From: Patescibacteria group bacterium
Lineage (GTDB): Bacteria; Patescibacteriota; Patescibacteriia; UBA9934; GWF2-40-263
Direction: 5' to 3'
DNA: 64,000 nucleotides
Assembly (NCBI GenBank): GCA_004297215.1
Contig: SCUM01000001.1
Coordinates: 400 to 64,399 of the forward strand
A program made the position numbers and the translations under genes. This document shows positions 43,369 to 52,501 of the stretch, piece by piece. Position 1 is the first letter of the stretch. Every line of letters begins with the position of its first letter. The notes below the pieces were generated by a model, which worked only from the letters and a program-made list of their open reading frames with translations, did not search any database and had not been told where the DNA came from.

Positions 43369-44718
43369 ATGGCGACGCATTCGCACGACGGCAAGCGGCC
43401 ACGCGCCTGGGTGATCGACGTGGACATGGGGTACGGCCACAGCCGCGCCGCGTTCGCGCTGCGCGACCTTTCCGGCGGCTCCGTGATCACGGCCAACAAC
43501 TATCGCGGGATCCCGGACCTCGACCGGCGGATGTGGAAGGCGAGCCGCCAGGCGTACGAGTTCGTGTCGCGATTGAAGCCCATCCCGTTCGTGGGCGACG
43601 CGGCGTTCAGCCTCATGGACAGGATGCAGCGGATCCCGAGCTTCTATCCCCGCCGCGACCTGTCGAAGCCCAGCCTCCAGGTGCGCCAGACCTACGCGCT
43701 GCTCAACCGCGGATTGTGCCGGCACCTCATCGAGACGCTCGGGAAGAAACCTCTGCCCCTCGTGTCCACCTTCCCGATCCCGGCGCTCGCCGCGGAACAC
43801 TTCGATTACCCGGGGGAGATCTACTGCATCACCACGGACACCGACGTGAACCGCGCCTGGGTGCCGCTTGACCCCAAAGGGAGCCGCATCAGGTATTTCG
43901 CCGCATCCGGACGCGTGGCGGAGCGGCTCAAGCTCTACGGCGTGAGGGAGGACCACATCTATCTCACCGGGTTCCCGATGCCCAAGGAGCTCATCGGCGG
44001 CCCCAAGGCGACCCGGCTCAAGGAGCTCCTGGCCGCCCGGCTGTGCAACCTGGACCCCAAGGGGATCTTCCACGAGCGGTATAAGAAGGTGTTGCACGAG
44101 ACCTTGGGGACCGGCTTGTGCCGGATGACCAAGGCGTCGCACCCGGTCACGATCACCTATTCGGTGGGCGGGGCCGGGGCGCAGCGCCACCTCGGGGTCG
44201 AGCTCATGAAGAGCCTGCGCACGCGCATCTCACGACATGAGTTGCGGCTGAACCTCGTGGCCGGCGTGCGCCACGACGTGGCCGCGTACTACGAGCGAGC
44301 CGCGATCTCGCTCGGATTGCGCGCGCAGCTGGGGAAATGGCTGGTCATTCCCACGTTCGAGTCCAGGATGGGGTACTTCGAGGGGTTCACGAAGCTGCTC
44401 GAGACCACCGACGTGCTGTGGACGAAGCCCAGCGAGCTCTCCTTCTATACCGGGCTCGGCATCGCGATCATCATGGCGCCGACCATAGGGAGCCAGGAGG
44501 ATTTCAACCGGCTGTGGCTGCAATACGTGGGCGGAGGGGTGAGCCAGTTCGAGACCGCGCACGCCGACGAATGGCTGTCCGACTGGATCGATTCCGGCGG
44601 CGTGGCGCGCCTCGCCTGGAACGGGTACATCGAGGCGCCCACGCACGGCACCTACCGCATCGAGGACATCGTGCTCGGGCGTCCCAGCGAGCTGCATAAG
44701 CTGCCCCTCATCGTCTAG
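43369..44718 (+). CDS. GT-B glycosyltransferase, GT28/MGDG-synthase-like
   Basis: N-terminal VIDVDMGYGHSRAAFAL (G-loop) and a C-terminal UDP-sugar-binding half. The family assignment is tentative. Confidence 0.5.
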   Translation: MATHSHDGKRPRAWVIDVDMGYGHSRAAFALRDLSGGSVITANNYRGIPDLDRRMWKASRQAYEFVSRLKPIPFVGDAAFSLMDRMQRIPSFYPRRDLSKPSLQVRQTYALLNRGLCRHLIETLGKKPLPLVSTFPIPALAAEHFDYPGEIYCITTDTDVNRAWVPLDPKGSRIRYFAASGRVAERLKLYGVREDHIYLTGFPMPKELIGGPKATRLKELLAARLCNLDPKGIFHERYKKVLHETLGTGLCRMTKASHPVTITYSVGGAGAQRHLGVELMKSLRTRISRHELRLNLVAGVRHDVAAYYERAAISLGLRAQLGKWLVIPTFESRMGYFEGFTKLLETTDVLWTKPSELSFYTGLGIAIIMAPTIGSQEDFNRLWLQYVGGGVSQFETAHADEWLSDWIDSGGVARLAWNGYIEAPTHGTYRIEDIVLGRPSELHKLPLIV

Positions 44719-44720
44719 TT

Positions 44721-47447
44721 ATGCGACCCATCGGCCGAATGGAACTCCCGTCTTCCCGCAAGCTCTTTCCGATGCTTGCCGGCGTCCTTGCCGTCTGGTG
44801 GCTTTTCCTGCAGTTCCAGGCCGACCACGAGCAGGCGGCCAATTTCCTGTTCAACGTCGGGTATGCCATCCCGCTGTTCTTGGCCGCCATCGGGTTCTTC
44901 GCGGCCGCGTGGCAGTGGAGGGGGAGGGGGTATCCGGAAACCGCGGTGATGGTGCTCGTCGGGATCCGTTTCGCCTTTTACGGCGTCGCGCAGCTCTTCT
45001 GGACCTACTACAACATGGTCGAGGGGATTTCCATCCCGGAATTCACCGGCGCGGACGTGTTCTACCTGTCCGGCCTGTTCGTGGAAAGCGCGATGATCGC
45101 CGGATTCCTGTTCCATCGCGTGCGTGCCAGGTCGTTCACGCGCACGACGGCCGCCTTGATCCTCGCCGCGCTCCTTGCCGCCGCGTTCGCGGCCACGTTC
45201 GTGCTCCTGCGTGCGCTGCCGGCCTATGAGGGGACGATCATCTCGCTGGACTCGCTCTACGTCGTGCTCGGGTTCCTCGCGCTGTTCGGGTGCCTCATCG
45301 CCATCTCGCTTGAGCGGCATCCGGAGATGCAGCCGCTGCTACTGGGTCTGTTCGGCTACCTGTTCGTGGGGGCCGCGGCGGACCTGGCGTACACCGTGCG
45401 CGAATCGGCCGGCGCGTATTGGAACGGCGACGTCGCCGACGGGCTGTACGCGGTCATGGCCCTGGTCGCCTGCTTCGTGGCCTCGAGGCTCATCCCCAAG
45501 CGCATCGACCACGCCTTAGGCGGCGAGAGAGCGCGCATGGGCCGCCGGGCGTTCGGGCTTCTGCTGCTCCCGCTGGGCCTCTCGCTCGTGGGGTTGCTGC
45601 TTTCGGCACGCGTGGCTCAGTCCTCGCATGAGGCGGAGGTCGGACGGCTGGTGCAGGAGGCAGTCGAGAGCGACGACCGCATCGCCACGCTCCTCGGCCA
45701 GGCGTTCCGCGCCGAAGAGGCGGATGTCGTTTCCGTGGTCGCGTTCCTTTCTCAAAGCCAGGAGGTGACGGCCGAGGAATTCGCCGGCTTCATCGAGGAA
45801 TTCAGGGGGCATTTCCCCGGGGTCGTGCGCGTGGGGTTCGTGGACGGCGCCGGCGTGCTCGTGCATGCCCAGGGCGATTCGCTCGGGCCGATCGGGACGG
45901 ACTATGCGGCGGACCCCTCGCGCGAGGAGGTGATGCGTCGCGCCCTCTTAGCGGATGCCCTCGCGGCGGGCGGCCCGTTCGAGAGCGCGGAAGGACCCTC
46001 GCTGTTCTTAAGCCATCCCGTGCGTCGCGACGGCGCGCCGATCGGCTCGGTCGTGGGCGTGCTGCCGCTTTCCCCGTTCCTGGGTGGCCTTTCCGAGGAC
46101 ACCGCGATCAAGATCGCGGACGTGCGTCTGCTCATCGGGGATGTCGAAGTCGCCCGAGACGGGAGCGCGTTTTCGCCCTCGCGCGAGATAGGGGAACCCG
46201 ACGCCGCGGCGCCGGTGCTCCTCGGGGACCTGCCCCTGGTCGTGGAGGCGCGCGTGAACGCGCACTCAGCCGGAGAAGCGTACCGGAACAGTCTGGCCCG
46301 GTTCCTCGCGCTCCTGTTCATCTCGCTCACGGTCTCCGCGGTGATGTTCCTGCTCGTGTCCCAGCGCCGGCGCGTGGAGGAGGAGCTGTCCGATCGCACC
46401 TCCTCGCTGCGCGCCACGATCAAGGACCTCACGCAGGCCAAGTTCTTCCTTGACAACGTGCAGGACGCGGTGGCCGCCACGCTCGGGGACCGCGTCCTGT
46501 ACCACAACCAGGCGTTCCTGCGGCTGTTGGGCGCCAAGGAATCCGCGCCCAAGGGGATGGACCTCATAGGCTTCCTGTCAGACCCGTCCCAGTCCGAAAC
46601 GATCCGGCGCGCGGTGGAAGCGCGCGGGGAATGGTCCGGGGAGGCCAAGGTCCGGCCGGTCGCGGGCAAGGAACGCGACGTGGAGCTCGACGTGCGGATC
46701 ATGCGCGACGAGCGCGGGAAGCCCGTCGCCAACCTCACCGTGGCGCACGACGTGACGGACCGCAAGGCCGTGGAACGCGCCAAGACGCAGTTCGTGTCCA
46801 TGGTGGCGCACCAGCTGCGCACGCCCATGACGCAGCTCCGATGGCTGGTCGAGCAGGTGCTCGAGTCGAAGGGGCTCCCCAAGGCCACGCGCGAGGCCAT
46901 CGGGCAGGCGCAGGAGATCGTGCTTGCCGAGAACCGGTTCGTGGGCGACCTGCTCAACGTGTCGCGCATCGAGCGCGGGGTGCTGAAGCTTGAGAAGAAG
47001 GCCGTGCCGGTCGCGCGGATCGTGGAAGCCGTGATCGAGCCGCTCAAGCCGCTCGCCAAGGAACGCCGCACGTCGCTCAAGGTCGGCGCGCTGCCGGACC
47101 TGTCGGTGGACGTGGACGAGGAGAAGATCGTGCAGGCGGTGCGCAACGTGGTGGACAACGCCGTCAAGTATTCCCCGAAAGGGAACGCGGTGACCGTGAA
47201 GGCGGAGAGGGAAGGCAAGGACGTGATGCTGTCCATCACGGACAACGGGAAGGGGATCCCCGAGGAGCTGTGGGACAAGCTCTACGACATCAAGACCGAG
47301 ATCTCGCCGGGCGCCACCGCCTCCTCGCAAAGCACCGGGTTGGGACTCTACCTCACCAAGAAATTCGTGGACGCCATGGGTGGGAGGATCTCCTTCACGA
47401 CGAGCGCCAAGGGGACCACCTTCGTCATCCGGTTGCCCGCGGCCTGA
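44721..47447 (+). CDS. Sensor histidine kinase with an N-terminal multi-TM (7-8 helix) sensor domain, PAS, HisKA and HATPase_c domains
   Basis: H-box TQFVSMVAHQLRTPMTQL. G-boxes KGIPEELWDKLYD and GLGLYLTKKFVDAMGGRISF. No response regulator is adjacent. Confidence 0.8.
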   Translation: MRPIGRMELPSSRKLFPMLAGVLAVWWLFLQFQADHEQAANFLFNVGYAIPLFLAAIGFFAAAWQWRGRGYPETAVMVLVGIRFAFYGVAQLFWTYYNMVEGISIPEFTGADVFYLSGLFVESAMIAGFLFHRVRARSFTRTTAALILAALLAAAFAATFVLLRALPAYEGTIISLDSLYVVLGFLALFGCLIAISLERHPEMQPLLLGLFGYLFVGAAADLAYTVRESAGAYWNGDVADGLYAVMALVACFVASRLIPKRIDHALGGERARMGRRAFGLLLLPLGLSLVGLLLSARVAQSSHEAEVGRLVQEAVESDDRIATLLGQAFRAEEADVVSVVAFLSQSQEVTAEEFAGFIEEFRGHFPGVVRVGFVDGAGVLVHAQGDSLGPIGTDYAADPSREEVMRRALLADALAAGGPFESAEGPSLFLSHPVRRDGAPIGSVVGVLPLSPFLGGLSEDTAIKIADVRLLIGDVEVARDGSAFSPSREIGEPDAAAPVLLGDLPLVVEARVNAHSAGEAYRNSLARFLALLFISLTVSAVMFLLVSQRRRVEEELSDRTSSLRATIKDLTQAKFFLDNVQDAVAATLGDRVLYHNQAFLRLLGAKESAPKGMDLIGFLSDPSQSETIRRAVEARGEWSGEAKVRPVAGKERDVELDVRIMRDERGKPVANLTVAHDVTDRKAVERAKTQFVSMVAHQLRTPMTQLRWLVEQVLESKGLPKATREAIGQAQEIVLAENRFVGDLLNVSRIERGVLKLEKKAVPVARIVEAVIEPLKPLAKERRTSLKVGALPDLSVDVDEEKIVQAVRNVVDNAVKYSPKGNAVTVKAEREGKDVMLSITDNGKGIPEELWDKLYDIKTEISPGATASSQSTGLGLYLTKKFVDAMGGRISFTTSAKGTTFVIRLPAA

Positions 47448-47471
47448 CCCTGGCGTATCCTGCCCGGGTAT

Positions 47472-47648
47472 ATGTCAGATGTGCCTCTGTCCGCCTTTTG
47501 TCCCCGATGCGGGGCTTCGCGCGAGATGATCGACGATGAGCCCTTGCGCATGCCCGGGCACGGGGCGGCGCGCCGCGCCGTGAAGGGCACATGCGCCACG
47601 TGCGGGGCGGCCTTGTTCAAGATCCTGGAAGATCCTGCCGACCTATGA
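47472..47648 (+). CDS. 58-aa zinc-ribbon micro-protein (CPRCG...CATCG)
   Basis: Below the ORF-track size cut-off. Two CxxC pairs. Its TGA overlaps the next ATG (ATGA at 47645). Confidence 0.4.
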   Translation: MSDVPLSAFCPRCGASREMIDDEPLRMPGHGAARRAVKGTCATCGAALFKILEDPADL

Positions 47649-49207
47649 GCCGACCGATCGATGCCCTGCGCCTGGCGGTCAGCCAGGAGAAATCCTTGTC
47701 CGCGGCGCCTCCGGAAGCCGACGTCATCGTCGTGAGCGATACCGTGTCCGCGGCCGCGAGCGTGTACGAGACCCTGCGCAACACGCTCGAGTACGACGAG
47801 GAGCACCTGCTCCGGCGCAACGCCATCCGCCGCATCCTCAAGCGCCGCCTCGACGAAGAGGCGGCGGATGCCGTTTCCTCCGAGCTCCTGCGCGAGCTCA
47901 TCTGGGCGCGCTACCTTCCCAACAAGCGCGTCCCGGAACGCCTCTCGCGCGCGCTCGCGTCGCTCTTGCGCAAGTATCGGCCGCTCTTTTCCTCGGCGCA
48001 CGAGGCGCCTGACCCCGGATACGCCGAGGAGTGGCTGCTCGACGCGGTCTCGAGCGAGGTGGAATACGCGCTCTCCCCGCCGCTTGCCGACGAGGCGCTC
48101 GCGAGCTTCGCCTATGCCGAGCTCAAGGCCCGCGCGCGCTGGCCCGCGTCCATGGCACAGGGCGACCGCGAGCTGCAGCTCTACATCGCCGTGCACCGCG
48201 CGGTGCTCAAGAGCAATCTCGCCACCTTGCGGTTCCGCACCCTCACCCTGTTCTATCCGGGCTGGAGCGGCGCCTCGCCGGACGATCCGCTCGTCGCGGA
48301 GGTCGCGGCGAACCTGCCCAAGGTGATCGCCTCCGTGGACCGGCAGATCGCTCACCCATGGGCGGACCACATGTTCCGGCTCGTGCGCCGGTACGCCGTC
48401 GTGTTCCATCTCATCCGCGACGTGGTTGACAAGCAGCCGGAGGCGATGGAAAGCGCCGACCGTGCCACGGTGGACGCGGCGATCGAGCGCGCGGCCCGCG
48501 CGCGGTACGCCCGCTTTTCCGAGCGCCTGCGCCGCGGGGTGTTTCGCGCGGTGCTGTTCCTCTTGTGCACCAAGACCGTGCTCGCGCTCGCGATCGAGCT
48601 CCCGTATGAGCGTCTCGTGATCGAGGAGACCTCGCTTGCCCCCCTCATCGCCAACATCCTGTTCCATCCGCTGTTGCTCGGGGTCATCGGGCTCACGGTG
48701 GGCATCCCCGCCAAGAAGAACACCGCGCGCATCCTCGAGCTTTCCCGAGGCATCCTCGGGTTCGGCGACGACTTCGTCGTTCCCGTGAAAGGGCTGCGCG
48801 CGCCGCCGGGAGGGGCGCTGGCCTTCGTGTTCAACCTGCTGTATTTCTCCTTCTTCGCCGTCACCGTGGGAGGGATCACCGCCCTCTTGTCCGCCCTCGG
48901 GTTCAACCCGGTGTCCATCGCGTTCTTCCTGTTCTTCCTCGCGCTCGTCACCTTCTTCGGCCTCAAGATCCGGAATTCCCGCCGCGAGCTGGTGATCATC
49001 GAGACGGGCGGAGGGATCCTCGGCACCGTCATGGACGTGCTGTTCCTGCCGGTGGTGCGCCTGGGCCGGTGGATCTCGCTGCGCGCGCCGCGCGTGAACG
49101 TGTTCCTGTTCTTCTTCGACTACATCGTGGAAGCGCCGTTCAAGGGGGCGATCCGGCTCATGGAGGGATGGCTCGCGTTCCTGCGCGAGAAGAAAGAGGA
49201 GATATGA
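47645..49207 (+). CDS. Hypothetical protein with a C-terminal multi-TM region (520 aa)
   Basis: Soluble N-terminal 350 aa followed by 4-5 TM helices. Confidence 0.4.
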   Translation: MSRPIDALRLAVSQEKSLSAAPPEADVIVVSDTVSAAASVYETLRNTLEYDEEHLLRRNAIRRILKRRLDEEAADAVSSELLRELIWARYLPNKRVPERLSRALASLLRKYRPLFSSAHEAPDPGYAEEWLLDAVSSEVEYALSPPLADEALASFAYAELKARARWPASMAQGDRELQLYIAVHRAVLKSNLATLRFRTLTLFYPGWSGASPDDPLVAEVAANLPKVIASVDRQIAHPWADHMFRLVRRYAVVFHLIRDVVDKQPEAMESADRATVDAAIERAARARYARFSERLRRGVFRAVLFLLCTKTVLALAIELPYERLVIEETSLAPLIANILFHPLLLGVIGLTVGIPAKKNTARILELSRGILGFGDDFVVPVKGLRAPPGGALAFVFNLLYFSFFAVTVGGITALLSALGFNPVSIAFFLFFLALVTFFGLKIRNSRRELVIIETGGGILGTVMDVLFLPVVRLGRWISLRAPRVNVFLFFFDYIVEAPFKGAIRLMEGWLAFLREKKEEI

Positions 49208-50163
49208 GGAACGGCGCCGTGATGCTCGTCATCGCGGCCCTCGCGGGCCTTGCCGCCGCTGTCGTCGACCGTCCGGCGCCGCTTCAGATTGGCGTGACCT
49301 TCTCGACCGCGTACGCGAACGAGCTCGGCGAGGATCCCGAGGCGGCATTCCGGGCGGTCGTTTCCGAGCTCGGGGTCCGCCGGATCCGGTTGCCGGTGTA
49401 TTGGTCCGAGGTGGAAGGGGAGCGCGATGCGCCGGATTTCGCCGCGTACGACCGCCTGGTGCGCTTGGCGGAGGAGCGCGGCGTCGCGCTCACGCTCGCG
49501 ATCGGGGCCAAGGTCCCGCGCTGGCCCGAATGTTTCGTGCCGGATTGGGCCGCCGGCTTGCCGAAGGACGCCTTCCGGGAGGAGCTTTTTTCGTTCCTGC
49601 GGGAAACGGTCGAGCGCTATCGCGGGAGTCCGGCCGTCGAACGTTGGCAGGTGGAGAACGAGGCTCTGTTCCCGTTCGGCGTGTGTCCGAAGCCAGATCT
49701 GCCCCGATTGCTCGACGAGGTCGCGCTCGTGCGGTCGCTCGACCTGCGTCCCATCCAGGCGACCGCGAGCGGCGAGCTCGAGAGCTGGGCGCTTCCGGCC
49801 ATCCCCGCCGACATCCTCGGCGTCTCCATGTACCGCACCACCTGGAATGACTGGTACGGCTATTTCCGCTACCCGATCCCCCCGTGGTTTTATCGCCTGC
49901 GCTCCGCCCTCGTCTCCCCGCTCGTCCGGGAAACGGTCATTTCCGAATTGCAGGCCGAACCGTGGTTCAACGGCCCCGTCGCGTCGCGTCCGCTCGCCTA
50001 TTGGGCGAAGGCGTTCACGCCGCACGACCTCAAGGAGAACGTCGCGTTCGCCGCGCGCACCGGCATGGGCGAGGCATACCTGTGGGGAGCGGAGTGGTGG
50101 TATCATCTGCGGCAGAACGGTTTGCCTGAACTTTGGGATACGGCCAAGACCTTTTTCCGATGA
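49204..50163 (+). CDS. Membrane-anchored putative glycoside hydrolase (TIM-barrel, GH5/GH113-like)
   Basis: ATGA overlap with the upstream gene. Signal anchor. Family-level guess only. Confidence 0.45.
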   Translation: MRNGAVMLVIAALAGLAAAVVDRPAPLQIGVTFSTAYANELGEDPEAAFRAVVSELGVRRIRLPVYWSEVEGERDAPDFAAYDRLVRLAEERGVALTLAIGAKVPRWPECFVPDWAAGLPKDAFREELFSFLRETVERYRGSPAVERWQVENEALFPFGVCPKPDLPRLLDEVALVRSLDLRPIQATASGELESWALPAIPADILGVSMYRTTWNDWYGYFRYPIPPWFYRLRSALVSPLVRETVISELQAEPWFNGPVASRPLAYWAKAFTPHDLKENVAFAARTGMGEAYLWGAEWWYHLRQNGLPELWDTAKTFFR

Positions 50164-50165
50164 GG

Positions 50166-50240
50166 TTTGAAAGGTTGTAAAAGTGATAAAGGTGTTGGAA
50201 CCTTTTTATCAAAAATATTCCACCACCTTTCAAACCTTTC
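50166..50240. repeat. AT-rich intergenic inverted repeat (aggtttgaaaggt ... acctttcaaacct)
   Basis: 13-bp perfect arms separated by about 45 nt. Confidence 0.5.
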
Positions 50241-50263
50241 CCACCCTTACAACCTCCGTCATT

Positions 50264-51706
50264 ATGTCCAAGACTTCCACCTACGACGTGATCGTGATCG
50301 GAGCCGGCTCGGCCGGTTTTTCTGCTGCCGAAGAAGCGCGTCGGCTTGGCGCTTCGGTGTGTCTGGTGGAGAAAGGGAAGTTAGGCGGCGAATGCCCCAA
50401 TTGGGCGTGCGTGCCGAGCAAGGCGCTGTTGCGCGGGGCCAAGCTGATGCGCGAGGCGCGCGCCGCCGAGCGGTTCGGGGTGAAGACCGGCGCGGTGTCG
50501 CTCTCCTTGCCCGACGCGTTCGCGTATCGCTCCAAGGTGGTCGCGTCGATCACCGGCGGCGGGGAGCGCGGCGCGCGGTACGAGCGCCTCACCGCGCGCG
50601 CCGGCATGGACGTCGTGTACGGCGAAGCGGCCTTCACCGACCCATACGCCCTCGAGGTGGGGGAGAAACGCCTCATCGGCAAGGCGTTCGTGATCGCCAC
50701 GGGAACGGAAGAATTCCTCCCGCCCGTGCCCGGGCTTTCCGACATCGGCTACCTCACGTCGAAGACCGTCCATGAGCTCACGCGCGCCCCCAAATCCATC
50801 GCCATCGTTGGCGGCGGACCGGTGGGATGCGAGTACGCCACGTTTTTCAGCGCATGCGGGACGCGCGTCGTGCTCATCCAAAGCGCGCCGAGGCTGCTCA
50901 ACCGCGAAGATCCGGAGATTTCGGCCCTGGCGCGCAAGACGCTCGAAAGCCAAGGGGTGGAAGTGGCCTGCGGCGCCAAGCTCGTCGAAGTCATCAACGG
51001 GCGCGGCGGGGTGTATGGCCTCAAGACCGAGGGCGCCGACGGGAACCTGCCTGCCGGCAGGCAGGACGCCACGCATGCGGTGGAAGCCGTCCTTGTCGCG
51101 GCGGGCAAGCGCGCGGCCGTGGCAGGGCTGAACCTTGCCGATGCGGGCGCTTCGCTCGACGCGCAGGGGTTCGTGAAGACCGACCGGAGCGCGCGGACGA
51201 ACCTCAAGCACGTGTTCGCGGCCGGCGACGTGGATGGCGGCTCCCTGTTCACGCACGTGGCGCACCACGAGGGCGTGGTGGCCGGACACAATGCCGCCCT
51301 GGTCGCGCGGGGGAAGCGGGCGGGATTCCAGCAAGTGGACGAGCGCGTGGTCCCGCGCGTCACGTTCGTCGACCCCGAGGTGGCATCGGTCGGGTTCACG
51401 GCCGAGGAAGCCAAGGCCAAGTTCAAGCTCAAGAAGGTGCTCGTGGGCCGGTTTCCGATCCAGGCGCTCGGCCGCGCGGCCACGGATCATGCGGCGGAGG
51501 GGATGGTGAAGCTCGTCGCGCACCCGAAGACGGGCAAGCTCCTCGGCGGCCATATCGTCGCCGAGCGCGCCGGGGAGATGATCCACGAGGTCGCCCTCGC
51601 CATCCACCTGGGCGCGACGGCGGAGAAGCTGGGTTCGATGATTCATGCATATCCGACGTATAGCGAAGCGGTTTTGGCAGCGGCGAACAGCCTGGTCACT
51701 GAGTGA
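50264..51706 (+). CDS. Pyridine nucleotide-disulfide oxidoreductase (dihydrolipoamide dehydrogenase / mercuric reductase family)
   Basis: DVIVIGAGSAGFSAA (FAD) and redox-active GGECPNWACVPSK. A second Rossmann motif and the dimerisation domain are present. Confidence 0.8.
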   Translation: MSKTSTYDVIVIGAGSAGFSAAEEARRLGASVCLVEKGKLGGECPNWACVPSKALLRGAKLMREARAAERFGVKTGAVSLSLPDAFAYRSKVVASITGGGERGARYERLTARAGMDVVYGEAAFTDPYALEVGEKRLIGKAFVIATGTEEFLPPVPGLSDIGYLTSKTVHELTRAPKSIAIVGGGPVGCEYATFFSACGTRVVLIQSAPRLLNREDPEISALARKTLESQGVEVACGAKLVEVINGRGGVYGLKTEGADGNLPAGRQDATHAVEAVLVAAGKRAAVAGLNLADAGASLDAQGFVKTDRSARTNLKHVFAAGDVDGGSLFTHVAHHEGVVAGHNAALVARGKRAGFQQVDERVVPRVTFVDPEVASVGFTAEEAKAKFKLKKVLVGRFPIQALGRAATDHAAEGMVKLVAHPKTGKLLGGHIVAERAGEMIHEVALAIHLGATAEKLGSMIHAYPTYSEAVLAAANSLVTE

Positions 51707-51708
51707 CC

Positions 51709-51719
51709 TTGTGCTATAC
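51709..51719 (+). promoter_or_regulatory. Extended -10 promoter element TGcTATACT
   Basis: TGnTATACT lies 12 nt upstream of the exonuclease ATG. A 6-bp inverted repeat gtcact-g-agtgac sits just upstream. Confidence 0.4.
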
Positions 51720-51730
51720 TTTCGCCCATT

Positions 51731-52312
51731 ATGGCTGGAAAGGAAGTGGTGCTAGACATCGAGACGGCGAATACGTTCCAGGAGGTGGGAGCCTATGACC
51801 ATTCGAAATTGATCATTTCGGTCATTGGAGTCTATTTCTACGAGAACGACGAATACAAGGCGTACGAGGTGCCCGAACTCGCGGAGCTCTGGCCCAGGCT
51901 CGAACGGGCCGACCGCATCATCGGGTTCAATACGCTCGGGTTCGATTTGCCGGTGATGAATAACTATTACCCGGGCAATTTGATGACGTTTTGCAATTTG
52001 GACCTCATGGCCGAGGTGGAAAAGGCGCTCGGTCACCGCATGAAGCTCGACGACCTCGCGAGCGCGAGCCTCGGACACGGCAAGACCGGTCACGGGCTGC
52101 AGGCCGTGGAGTGGTGGAAGCAAGGTCGCAAGGAAGATGTGAAGAAATACTGCCTCGACGACGTACGGGTCACCAAGGAACTGTACGAATACGGCCTCAA
52201 GTACAAGGCGCTCGCGTACGAGGATCGGCTTGGGGGTCGAAAAGGCATTCCCGTGGACTTTTCTCCCAAGGCGCACGAGGCAACGAAGATAAACCTGACG
52301 ATGCCGTTCTAA
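51731..52312 (+). CDS. DEDD-family 3'-5' exonuclease (RNase H-like fold)
   Basis: Exo motif I VLDIETANTF. Motif II GFNTLGFDLPV. Motif III YCLDDVRVTKELY. Confidence 0.6.
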   Translation: MAGKEVVLDIETANTFQEVGAYDHSKLIISVIGVYFYENDEYKAYEVPELAELWPRLERADRIIGFNTLGFDLPVMNNYYPGNLMTFCNLDLMAEVEKALGHRMKLDDLASASLGHGKTGHGLQAVEWWKQGRKEDVKKYCLDDVRVTKELYEYGLKYKALAYEDRLGGRKGIPVDFSPKAHEATKINLTMPF

Positions 52313-52501
52313 ATCCCATCGCGTGTTATCCACAGCTGAAAAAACACCTAACCACTGGTGTTTTTTGGCGCTTGAAGCGCCCTAGGCAACGGCCTACAAT
52401 GACGAAGCACCGTAAGGCATTTCCTTGCGTGGCCTCTCGTCGCTGGTGGCATGGTCTTGTTGGACAATCCATGCAATCGGGTTGTTTTTTTCTGCCTCAT
52501 T

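Noticed and set aside
42514-44718. 734-aa ORF fusing an Arg-rich N-terminus to the GT28-like gene
   Set aside because: The N-terminal part overlaps the LOG-family gene in another frame. The real start is the ATG at 43369, right after the LOG stop.
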